Below, piece by piece: positions 28,530 to 36,807 of a stretch of 44,420 bases of DNA. Source of the DNA: a virus. Its lineage: Duplodnaviria; Caudoviricetes. The stretch covers positions 1 through 44,420 of the IMG/VR virus record IMGVR_UViG_3300028364_000057; one strand, given 5' to 3'. Made by a program: the position numbers and the translations under genes. The notes beneath the pieces are model-generated. The model was not told the origin of the DNA. It ran no database searches and saw nothing but the letters and a program-made list of their open reading frames with translations. Position 1 is the stretch's first letter; each line of letters begins with the position of its first letter.

Positions 28530-28534
28530 CCGTT

Positions 28535-28543
28535 ACTATAGCA
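28535..28543 (-). promoter_or_regulatory. Extended -10 promoter TGC-TATAGT
   Basis: Predicted +1 at ~28529, the base of the first hairpin. Confidence 0.6.
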
Positions 28544-28583
28544 CACAACACCTGGACCATTTTGGTCAAGTGGACAATATGGT

Positions 28584-28592
28584 TGTGGATAA
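28584..28592 (-). promoter_or_regulatory. DnaA-box consensus TTATCCACA
   Basis: Exact 9-mer in intergenic DNA ~40 bp upstream of the capsid promoter. Confidence 0.4.
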
Positions 28593-28701
28593 GGTGCCTA
28601 CGCTGAGGTAAAGGGGTAGTCGAGTATAAGTCGGCTGAAAGCACGTATTCCCCTCAGTCACTGGCCTTTATTCCGTGCTTACCCCAGCGTAGAAACCTTA
28701 T
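28589..28701 (-). ncRNA. 113-nt end-paired pseudoknotted RNA, unknown family
   Basis: AUAAGGU/ACCUUAU and CUACGCUGGGGUAA/UUACCUCAGCGUAG closing stems; GCACG/CGUGC crossed by AGGGG/CCCCU; own -10 element. Confidence 0.6.
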
Positions 28702-28707
28702 TTATTA

Positions 28708-28716
28708 AATATATCA
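28708..28716 (-). promoter_or_regulatory. Extended -10 promoter TGA-TATATT
   Basis: Predicted +1 at ~28701, the first base of the closing stem. Confidence 0.5.
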
Positions 28717-28755
28717 CAAACAAAGCAGCTTCCACTTTGGTTATGTGGAAGCTGC
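28717..28755 (-). terminator. Intrinsic terminator of the terminase-portal-scaffold operon
   Basis: Perfect 11-bp stem GCAGCUUCCAC/GUGGAAGCUGC then UUUGUUUG. Confidence 0.8.
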
Positions 28756-28854
28756 CTTAATAGAAAACAGGCTAGCAGCTGAAAGCATAGCCCGTTTTCT
28801 GAGAGTATTTACACACCCGAATTGTCACGAATGTTACAAAGTGACAATCGTATA

Positions 28855-29682
28855 CTACTCTTTATTTTCAAGGATTTCCAGCATTTTCTTCACAGGTAGC
28901 TCGCTTTTTACGTCACTCACTCCCCACAGCTTACGTTCTCCGTCGATCTTCACCTGTTCGATGATCGACAACAGCGTTTTCGTTACATTGTCTACCGTGT
29001 TTCCAATAACTGAGAAGACAGATGCTGCTTCGAGAAACGTAATGTTGTGCTTCTCGAACGTCGGCACGATGATGCGGCGCATGATATCCCGGAAGACTAC
29101 GAACCCTTTTGAGTGTTTGTAGACTATATCTTCTAGGTAGGCTTGCATCTTCTGCGCCCTGGCTTCTATTTCCTTTAGTTTAACTGGATCGTCAGTATTC
29201 CCGGCTTCCACACCAAGCGCATGTAGCTTCCTCTCCACCTTGTCCATTTCCTCAGTCTTATTAAAGTCACGTTCACTAGGCGTTAGGTTCGACTCTTCTG
29301 CGATCAATCCCATTATCTCAATCGCACAGGCGACTACTCGCTCGTCAAACTTCACGTCAGTAGTAACTTCTTCAAGCAGATTGGAAGTGGTGGTCAATAA
29401 CTGACAAAGGTACTGCACATCACCATAGCGTAGGTCATTATCAGTAATAATGGTACGCATGTTCTCAGCAACAAACGTCCGGTACTGCTCATGCTCTTTG
29501 TCCTGCTTGCTTTTGTTGTCGTAGTCTTCTGTCTTGTAGTTATGTTTGAAGTCAAACGTAGCCATCTGACGGAACACCTCGTTGACTACCGGGACCACTC
29601 GATCCTTACGCTCTTGCGTAAAGTCTCGCTCGATCCCTAAGTCTTTCTTCTGTTCTTCGTTCAGTTGTTGTGGGTCAGACAT
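28855..29682 (-). CDS. Hypothetical helical protein with a loose internal duplication
   Basis: 275-aa ORF with TATG start in operon. Confidence 0.7.
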   Translation of the reverse strand: MSDPQQLNEEQKKDLGIERDFTQERKDRVVPVVNEVFRQMATFDFKHNYKTEDYDNKSKQDKEHEQYRTFVAENMRTIITDNDLRYGDVQYLCQLLTTTSNLLEEVTTDVKFDERVVACAIEIMGLIAEESNLTPSERDFNKTEEMDKVERKLHALGVEAGNTDDPVKLKEIEARAQKMQAYLEDIVYKHSKGFVVFRDIMRRIIVPTFEKHNITFLEAASVFSVIGNTVDNVTKTLLSIIEQVKIDGERKLWGVSDVKSELPVKKMLEILENKE

Positions 29683-29685
29683 AGG

Positions 29686-30405
29686 CTATTCCTGCAAAGC
29701 AGCAGCTAATTGATCTTTGGTAACAGTGAATCCCATTGAACCACAGTCCAACTCGAATACCCGTCGTCCACTGATAATCTTGTTACGGAACGCAATTACC
29801 TTACGTCCCTCGTACTCAAAACCACTCTTAATTGCTGTTTTAAGTGCATCTTCGACATCTTTACCGTCTAGCTTGGCTGCGTGGCTTACAGGTGGCGTTT
29901 TAGCCGCACCAGGACCAGTCTCAACCTTTACTTTAGCAACTAACTCTTCTAGTGCTGGTGTATCTAGGTCTTCTGCTTCTTTCAGGTACGTTTCTCGCTC
30001 TTCCTCAGTCAGACCCGGTAGCAATAGTCCCAGTTCAGCCATCAGTGCGACTGATCGTTCCGCTGCGGCTTTCTCTTCCTCAGTCATTTCCACGTTTTCC
30101 TCACCTTTTCGCTCTGTCACCTCAGCACCATCACCCTCGTTCTGCATCGCTTCATAGTCGTCGAATGATACTAGGACCAGATCACCAACTTCTTTATCAT
30201 CGAACTCTTCGACTCGATCCTCAGTGATTGTGTACGGTACAGCATATAGTTGTTCCGCTGTTTCCTTGATCCATACCACTCGATCAGCGTTAGTAGAGTT
30301 CACAGACGGCTTATCAGTCTCTACTCCACATAGAATAAAGCTCTCGATCACTCCGTTTAGTAGCGGCTTGTTCATTTTCTCGATCTCCTTGAAATAATTG
30401 TCCAT
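29686..30405 (-). CDS. Hypothetical acidic protein
   Basis: 239-aa ORF with tight gene spacing. Confidence 0.7.
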   Translation of the reverse strand: MDNYFKEIEKMNKPLLNGVIESFILCGVETDKPSVNSTNADRVVWIKETAEQLYAVPYTITEDRVEEFDDKEVGDLVLVSFDDYEAMQNEGDGAEVTERKGEENVEMTEEEKAAAERSVALMAELGLLLPGLTEEERETYLKEAEDLDTPALEELVAKVKVETGPGAAKTPPVSHAAKLDGKDVEDALKTAIKSGFEYEGRKVIAFRNKIISGRRVFELDCGSMGFTVTKDQLAAALQE

Positions 30406-30427
30406 AAATAAAATGATTAGTTAATAC

Positions 30428-31009
30428 CTATTTGAGCATGTTTACCCAGTTCTCGTTCACTTCTACCAGCGTTCCCTTGAAGTCCACCACGTAGTTGTGG
30501 ATGGTTCCAGTTACAACGTCCGGGACCACCATATCTAGCTCTTCCATGTGGTACGAGTCTCCCTCCGGTACGATCCGTTTAGTGACTGCACCGTTCTCGA
30601 TCTCCCATTGTTCACCCTTTCGCTTCTTCACCGGGCAGTCCTGGCGTCCTCCTTTGTCCATAAACTCTAACCAGTTGATCCGTGTGATGATCTCAGTCTT
30701 GTTTGTAGCTGGATCTAATACGATCAGGTCACATAGCAGAATCTCCCGGTTTGGTTTACTAGGGTCCATTTCAGTCCATGAGTACCACGGCGCATCCTCG
30801 TCCCCTTTGTTTACCATCCCTACTACTGGCATACCATCAACCGTAGCGATTGTTACCAGTCGTTCTTTCTTCACATTGATACTGTTTGCAGCATCCATCC
30901 CTTTACCGTTGTTCTGAGACTTCACTAGTGCAATCAACTCAGCGTTCTGAGCGATGATAGCGTCCAACTCTGACTTAGGTACTGTTACTTCTGTTTTGTC
31001 TTCTGACAT
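30428..31009 (-). CDS. Hypothetical protein
   Basis: 193-aa ORF in the head module. Confidence 0.7.
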   Translation of the reverse strand: MSEDKTEVTVPKSELDAIIAQNAELIALVKSQNNGKGMDAANSINVKKERLVTIATVDGMPVVGMVNKGDEDAPWYSWTEMDPSKPNREILLCDLIVLDPATNKTEIITRINWLEFMDKGGRQDCPVKKRKGEQWEIENGAVTKRIVPEGDSYHMEELDMVVPDVVTGTIHNYVVDFKGTLVEVNENWVNMLK

Positions 31010-31017
31010 AAGCGTGG

Positions 31018-31647
31018 TTATTTAGCGTCCTCAACTTGTAATCCCATCATATTTGATAGTTGCTTCCCTCCCTCAGTGGTAGAGAAGTCTTCACCCTCAG
31101 CGTTAGGCGCACCCATATCACCTCCCCGGTCATTATGTGCTGACTGAACCGCTTTTGGTGCGTCTGATCCCATCATATTGACCGCAGACGTCACGAATCC
31201 AGCTATTTCATCTTCTGTCGTAGCCTTTTCACTTCCTCGTAATAGGTTGTAGTTAGCCTTTAGCTTGGCTGCAACCTCCTGGTCACCATTAGCGAACTTG
31301 TCTACGGCCTTATTGAACCGAGACTCCCGTTCTTTAGTGTTGTTTTCCTCAACAATCTTCCGAGTTTCCTCCTGTTGCTCGTAGATTAGGTCTTGATCCT
31401 CCTTAGCAGCTAGCTCAGACTCTGATAGCGTAGCCTTTTCATCATCAGTCATGTCTTTCAGTGGCTTGTACTTACGACGTGCGCCGATAACATCCTGAGT
31501 CTTCTGCTCGATCAACTCATCCTTTTCAGTAATGGTTGACTCTAGCTTCTCTACCTTGCTCTCTACAGCAGTCTTTTGTTCATTTAGGGTAGTAATATGT
31601 GCCAAAACCTCTTCTGGTTTCATGGCTTCTAGTTCTTCTTTTGTCAT
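31018..31647 (-). CDS. Putative scaffolding protein
   Basis: Acidic coiled coil with flexible C-terminus, between portal and capsid. Confidence 0.6.
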   Translation of the reverse strand: MTKEELEAMKPEEVLAHITTLNEQKTAVESKVEKLESTITEKDELIEQKTQDVIGARRKYKPLKDMTDDEKATLSESELAAKEDQDLIYEQQEETRKIVEENNTKERESRFNKAVDKFANGDQEVAAKLKANYNLLRGSEKATTEDEIAGFVTSAVNMMGSDAPKAVQSAHNDRGGDMGAPNAEGEDFSTTEGGKQLSNMMGLQVEDAK

Positions 31648-31650
31648 AGG

Positions 31651-32103
31651 TTAGGTTATATCAAACTGATTAAAGTCGCCGGTTGTGATTTTGCGCCGTT
31701 GGTACTCGTCTTCCATGTAGCCCACCTCTTCTTCTGTGAGTTCTACACCGTTGACCGAGTAACGACTAAAGTTGATCTCATCGAGCGATCCAGCGTAGCG
31801 TGCAATATGTTCTGCTTGGTTATCTACCAACCATTGGTTAATTACCTTGCGTGCTGGATTAGTAAACAGTTCATGTGCGTATACCAAAAAGGTAGACACA
31901 TCTTCACCGTTTATTTCTAGTGACTCTATAAGATCGGTTCCTCTAAACGTGCGTGGGTTATACGACTTCATCCGAGATCGTACAACGTCTTTAGCGTTCA
32001 GTGATTTACTTTTCCTTTCAAGAGCAGCGAGTTGTGCGTCCCACTGTTCTTTCTCCTTTGCGAATACCCAATGCGAGAGAAGTGATCGAAGTTTATCGAC
32101 CAT
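31651..32103 (-). CDS. Hypothetical protein following the portal
   Basis: 150-aa ORF, coupled spacing. Confidence 0.65.
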   Translation of the reverse strand: MVDKLRSLLSHWVFAKEKEQWDAQLAALERKSKSLNAKDVVRSRMKSYNPRTFRGTDLIESLEINGEDVSTFLVYAHELFTNPARKVINQWLVDNQAEHIARYAGSLDEINFSRYSVNGVELTEEEVGYMEDEYQRRKITTGDFNQFDIT

Positions 32104-32110
32104 ACGTTGT

Positions 32111-34135
32111 TTATTTTACCACGGGACGTACCGGTTGACGTTGAGCGTTTGTGGGCAATTGTACCTTTTGTCCACCACCGTCAGCAGCGTTATCTGTGGG
32201 TGCTGATAATCCTCCTGTCATACCCTTTTCCATCATGGTCATAATGTCCATTTCCTGGAACATCTTAGAGTAGTCTTCGTTAATCATTACAGCGTACCGT
32301 TGCTTTAGATACTCCAGGTTAAGAGAGTCAGGTCCAAAGATTTCCATAGCAGTCTTGATATTCTGTACGAACATCAACACGGCGATCTTATCGCTGTTCT
32401 TAGGCGTCGGACTGATAATGATGTAGTACTTGTAGCGTGCTTTACGCAATTGTTCCGGGTTCACATACGAAATGCGAACCGGACGTCCTTGTTTCTCTGA
32501 CAACTCTTCCTCTTCTTTCACTTGCTCGTTAATCGTAGGGAACGGCTTGTCAGTGAACTTGAATACCTTTACACCGTTCTTACCGTCCTCGACGGTAGTT
32601 TCTAGTGATAGTGTCTCGTAGAAGTTCTCTAGTGACTTGTTATCTTCCTCATCTAGCACCTCTGTTTGGAACTTAGGCGTCATAACGTGATACAGGATAG
32701 TCTCAATTCTAGCCCATGACATTGACCGTTCCAGGTTCATAACAGCATCGAGAGAGCTACCCAGCTTCATCATCTGTTGTTCCTGCATGATCTCAGCTTG
32801 TCCAAGCGTATCAACTCCACCATCACCTGATCCTGAATACACCTCATTGACGGTCTTCTCGTTGATACTTTCTTTGATTAGGTTATAGAAAGAGAACTCA
32901 GCAGCGTTAATACCCAGGCTTTGCGCCGGGATCAGTTGGTGGAATGTTCCCTCCTTGATATCAGTAGTGATAGCACCAGGGTCAAAGATGTTCTGTGAGT
33001 ACACTTTCTTACTAGAAGAGCCAAGCGGCGGTTTACGGGACTGTCTGATACCGTCGATCATCAACCGTGTAATCTCGTCGATCACCTCCTGGTCCACTTT
33101 AGTCTTTGCTGGAATACCCTTTGATAGCCAATAGCCACTAATAGGTTCTAGTTTTCCTTGGAGCAGTGGATGGTTACCACTAGGACGCAACCTGGTCAGT
33201 TGGTAGTTGTGTGGCAGCTGCGGTACTCCATTGAGATAGATTTGATACCGGTTAGTTCTAACATTAAAAGTCTTTAGTTCCGATACCTCCATCTTGTCGG
33301 TATTAAATACGGTCCAAGCGTTGTATGCACCTGTCTCTGAGATCAAAGACGCTAGTGAAGCGTTACCGGAGATATTCTGTGTGTCATACGGTACGTACTT
33401 GAACCGTTGCCACTGACCATAGATCGAATACGCATGTTGTCGTGAGATCTTACGTCCAATAGCAACAATGTCCTGCTCGTCGATGTACTCGATTGTAGGA
33501 TCACTCACTAGAACGGTTGGCTGCTTGTGCATCCTGATCTTACACATCCGGTTTACCCGGCGTAGTCGTTCTTCTACTTTGTACTCGTTGAAGTCGTCCA
33601 TCGCTGGATTGAAGTCCAAGCTATCAAAGGATTGCGGTTGGTACTCTTCGATAAACGTATCTTCTAAGAATACATCCCCTTGGTGGATCATTTCCCGGTA
33701 TACAATTGGTCGTTGTCGTTCCCACAACTCTACCTGACGGGTCTTCTTGATTAGATCACCCATATCGTTACCAGCATCCTGTACCACCATATCGTCCTGG
33801 TCAAAGGCAGTTACATCCGGTTCTGCGTTGAGGTTCAGTAGGGTAGAGAGCAACGTAGAAGACTTCTCACGGGTAGTACCAGTGACAATACGCACGTCGT
33901 TCCGGTTTTTCTTAGGTGGAATGTATGATAAATCCTTTTTACGGTTAGAGTCGTAGTACTCCAAGGCGTTCATACCGTCGATCTCTTCTACACTTTGCGT
34001 CTTTAAGTCAGCCATCATTTGAAGAACGTGGCGGTCTTCGTGAATAGCTGATAGCTCAGTGTCTGTGAACTTTACTTCCGGGATTGCAGTCCGTTCACCA
34101 GTCTCTAAAGGGACATTGGGTTTAGTTTCGCTCAT
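32111..34135 (-). CDS. Portal protein (P22-like)
   Basis: 674 aa directly after terL; Q/M-rich C-terminal helices; start moved to ATG 34135 (MSETKP). Confidence 0.8.
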   Translation of the reverse strand: MSETKPNVPLETGERTAIPEVKFTDTELSAIHEDRHVLQMMADLKTQSVEEIDGMNALEYYDSNRKKDLSYIPPKKNRNDVRIVTGTTREKSSTLLSTLLNLNAEPDVTAFDQDDMVVQDAGNDMGDLIKKTRQVELWERQRPIVYREMIHQGDVFLEDTFIEEYQPQSFDSLDFNPAMDDFNEYKVEERLRRVNRMCKIRMHKQPTVLVSDPTIEYIDEQDIVAIGRKISRQHAYSIYGQWQRFKYVPYDTQNISGNASLASLISETGAYNAWTVFNTDKMEVSELKTFNVRTNRYQIYLNGVPQLPHNYQLTRLRPSGNHPLLQGKLEPISGYWLSKGIPAKTKVDQEVIDEITRLMIDGIRQSRKPPLGSSSKKVYSQNIFDPGAITTDIKEGTFHQLIPAQSLGINAAEFSFYNLIKESINEKTVNEVYSGSGDGGVDTLGQAEIMQEQQMMKLGSSLDAVMNLERSMSWARIETILYHVMTPKFQTEVLDEEDNKSLENFYETLSLETTVEDGKNGVKVFKFTDKPFPTINEQVKEEEELSEKQGRPVRISYVNPEQLRKARYKYYIIISPTPKNSDKIAVLMFVQNIKTAMEIFGPDSLNLEYLKQRYAVMINEDYSKMFQEMDIMTMMEKGMTGGLSAPTDNAADGGGQKVQLPTNAQRQPVRPVVK

Positions 34136-34141
34136 ACACGT

Positions 34142-34150
34142 ACTATAACA
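34142..34150 (-). promoter_or_regulatory. Extended -10 promoter TGT-TATAGT, leaderless, for the portal
   Basis: GTGTTATAGTACGTGTATG; 6 nt to ATG; overlaps the terL stop. Confidence 0.6.
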
Positions 34151-35936
34151 CCCCGAAGCGGTCGTCAACAGAGTTTTGGCTGTTAGTAATTGCTTGGACG
34201 TCGGCAGAACTTTGTGCTTGTCCCAAGCCGTCAGTTTGTTCCAGTAGAAATGTTAGTGCAAGTGCATCGTTTTTGTTTGGAGACTTGATCCGTAGCTTGT
34301 TCATTTCCTGCTTACTCATCATCTGCACCTTATTGCCCTGTAGCGATCGCTTATACCGTCCCGATGCTAGCTGTTCCGCAAAGTCAGAGTTCTCGACGTT
34401 GTTATCTATTACCCGTCCCCCTTTCATAATCCAGTCACGCATCCGGAAGTGCATCAGTGATCGTAGATTGAGGAACCGACACTGACCTCCCTCTTCCACT
34501 TCACTTTCAAATAGCACAAAGAACTCAGCGTTGGTCTTACTTTCATCAGTTGGTCGGTTACCAGGCAGCACAATGTACACGTCTATCTTGCCCTTAGTGG
34601 CTTTTGATATCCGTTTAGCTACCGACACACCAATACCGAAGCCCTCGATCACGATATCACCCGTTTTGAGGTTGTAGCGGTCAATGAACGTCAGTAGGTT
34701 CTCAGCAATAACCGCATCGTTGGTGGTATTGAGAGTCAAAATGTTTTTAGCCCGGAAGCTATCACGCAGCACGAACTCACACTCATCATCACCCTCACCA
34801 GACGGGTCAATCGCAAGGAACTTCTTACCAATGAACTTATCGTTCTCAGCCAGTGACGGTTCCACGTTGATCCGGGTCCGAGGAATAAGCTGCAAGTACC
34901 CACTATCATCCATCATATCCTCACTAGGGAACTGTCCCAGCACACGAATCCGGTACTCATCTGACTCTACACCGTGTCGCTTTGCTTGCCGCTGCACGTA
35001 CCGAGAGTCCACTACCGGCGATTGCTCACAGTTGAAGTGGAATGTTTGCCAATCCTCAGAGTTCTTGTGGTGACTATCAAAGAAGTACCCGATCACTCTA
35101 GTAGGGTTAGAAATCATCACTACTCCCACGTTACCGGATGTAAGCGCACCCTCAGCCGTGTTATATACCTGCTCAGGCACCCCAGACGCTTCATCTACAG
35201 CAATTAGCACGTGTTCCGAGTGAACACCAGCCAAGGCTTCTGTATTCTCCTTAGAGGACGTTTTAGCACGTGCGAACCATGTCTCAGGATCATGCTTCAT
35301 ACGAATGTAGTCACTCTTCCAGTCAAATACCTCCCGGACACGCTCGTTCTTGATCCGGTTGATCCATAGAGACAACTCTTTCCACAACACATCGTGCATC
35401 TGTCCTGACGTTGGTGCTGTTACCGGTACCTGCGCTTGGAAGTAGCAATACAGGAACCATAGAACGATCCAGGTCATAGTGGCTGACTTTCCAATACCGT
35501 GACCAGAACGCACACTGATATGAAACGACACATCCTTGCTGCGAGTAGCTTTCTCTACACCCAATAAGATCAACGTCTGTTGCCAGGTGAGGTTGCTACC
35601 CTTAGTAAATCCATGCCAGGACCATATCCAATAGCCATCAGGTACCTGTACACCATGTCCGAACCACTCAGCCTGTACTGTTTCTTTGAGTCGTAGCCAG
35701 TTCTTACCCTCAGCACGCATAACAGCTTCCCAGGCTTCTTTGTACTCCGGTAGTGGTTCCTGCGGTATAAGTCCCCACATCACCTTAATGAAATAGAGGA
35801 TTGACTGTCTAAAATTGTGAATCTCACCAGCTACCGAACCAATAGCGTCCACTGACGTAGGACTAGGACGTGATACCGGCTTCCCTTTGCGCTTGGCTTT
35901 TGGTTTCCGCTTGGCTATTTTGAGTTTAGTCTTCAT
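34143..35936 (-). CDS. terL: Terminase large subunit
   Basis: Walker A SGHGIGKS, Walker B AVDEA, ISNP, nuclease AIDPSGEGDD and SPNKNDAL. Confidence 0.93.
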   Translation of the reverse strand: MKTKLKIAKRKPKAKRKGKPVSRPSPTSVDAIGSVAGEIHNFRQSILYFIKVMWGLIPQEPLPEYKEAWEAVMRAEGKNWLRLKETVQAEWFGHGVQVPDGYWIWSWHGFTKGSNLTWQQTLILLGVEKATRSKDVSFHISVRSGHGIGKSATMTWIVLWFLYCYFQAQVPVTAPTSGQMHDVLWKELSLWINRIKNERVREVFDWKSDYIRMKHDPETWFARAKTSSKENTEALAGVHSEHVLIAVDEASGVPEQVYNTAEGALTSGNVGVVMISNPTRVIGYFFDSHHKNSEDWQTFHFNCEQSPVVDSRYVQRQAKRHGVESDEYRIRVLGQFPSEDMMDDSGYLQLIPRTRINVEPSLAENDKFIGKKFLAIDPSGEGDDECEFVLRDSFRAKNILTLNTTNDAVIAENLLTFIDRYNLKTGDIVIEGFGIGVSVAKRISKATKGKIDVYIVLPGNRPTDESKTNAEFFVLFESEVEEGGQCRFLNLRSLMHFRMRDWIMKGGRVIDNNVENSDFAEQLASGRYKRSLQGNKVQMMSKQEMNKLRIKSPNKNDALALTFLLEQTDGLGQAQSSADVQAITNSQNSVDDRFGVL

Positions 35937-36534
35937 GTTCAATGATAGTTACCTCATCCTGTCCCAACTTGTCTGCAGTCTCGTACACTGATCGTACCAC
36001 TCCAAGCGTATGGGTATGATCGTTCTGCTTCCGTTCCGTCATATCGTGGTCACTCATTAGGATCAGTCCGGCAGTCTTCGAGTTATAGGCACCAGATACA
36101 CCAAAGGACGTTAGATACTCGTATTGCACCTGCTTTATGATCTTTAATGCCCGGTTGAAGTCCGGGTACTTGCGAGCGTACCCAGGGAACACTTCGATAC
36201 TTTGTCCCAGGTATAGCGCATATCCTTGCTGCGATGGTAGTCGAATGGTTGTCACCGGTACTGTAGCGTCAGCCACACGTCGCATACGTGGCAGGTGAGA
36301 GTCCTCACAGTATTTTAAGTATTTATATAGCATCGACGTACACCACTCCGGTTTGTACTTGGTCTTACGCTTACTCTTTTTATCTTTAGTAGTTACGTCA
36401 AAGACTCGACAAGTTGCCGAGCAGTATGGTTTGAAGAGATCATCCAGGAACGAACCCTTACATTTATCGTAGTGGCACGTCGAGAGGACTACCTTTTCTT
36501 CTTTTTGTTTTGATACAGCTTTTCTACTACCCAT
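35926..36534 (-). CDS. terS: Terminase small subunit (P22 gp3-like) with N-terminal Cys cluster
   Basis: TKYKPE..PSQQGYALYLG..YARKYPDFNRALKIIK..SGAYNS; upstream of terL. Confidence 0.75.
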   Translation of the reverse strand: MGSRKAVSKQKEEKVVLSTCHYDKCKGSFLDDLFKPYCSATCRVFDVTTKDKKSKRKTKYKPEWCTSMLYKYLKYCEDSHLPRMRRVADATVPVTTIRLPSQQGYALYLGQSIEVFPGYARKYPDFNRALKIIKQVQYEYLTSFGVSGAYNSKTAGLILMSDHDMTERKQNDHTHTLGVVRSVYETADKLGQDEVTIIEHED

Positions 36535-36562
36535 ATAGACGGGTACCTTGCGTGAGAGAGTA

Positions 36563-36765
36563 TGCCCGTGAATGGATTTGCACCATTGAGATAGAGGAAG
36601 TGAGGTGGTTGAACTAATTCATTTAGTTTTGAATACTCACCGTTACTGTATAGCCTTGATCCGGCTCCACACCGGACTAGTGGAGATTGTTGATTACAAC
36701 GTAGTGATCTTTACGATCGAAAAATGTCTCCCTCTATCTTTCTGCATGGCTGATATGCCACGGGC
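36563..36765 (-). ncRNA. 203-nt tRNA-like RNA with a large insert in place of the anticodon loop
   Basis: Acceptor GCCCGUG/CACGGGC+A; T arm AAUGG-UGCAAAU-CCAUU; GCAU/AUGC arm; 12-bp AGAUAGAGGGAG/CUUCCUCUAUCU stem. Confidence 0.72.
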
Positions 36766-36797
36766 AGGTGCTGGTAGTCGTACGTACCAGCTCTTTG

Positions 36798-36806
36798 ATT
36801 ATAACA
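36798..36806 (-). promoter_or_regulatory. Extended -10 promoter TGT-TATAAT for the tRNA-like RNA and packaging operon
   Basis: Perfect TGn-TATAAT just after a terminator; predicted +1 at ~36791. Confidence 0.7.
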
Positions 36807-36807
36807 C

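Noticed and set aside
28589-28701. Hammerhead, HDV/theta, pistol ribozyme or ZTP riboswitch
   Set aside because: No CUGANGA core; no P3/L3 between P2 and P1; only fragmentary GUGACUG and GGGGAA similarity to ZTP
2863-35207. Many plus-strand ORFs in the track
   Set aside because: Ser-rich antisense shadows of minus-strand genes with no recognisable motifs
36563-36765. Canonical tRNA, tmRNA or intron-containing tRNA
   Set aside because: No anticodon loop or D-loop GG, no G3-U70, too short for tmRNA, and no group I core seen; kept as an unassigned tRNA-like RNA
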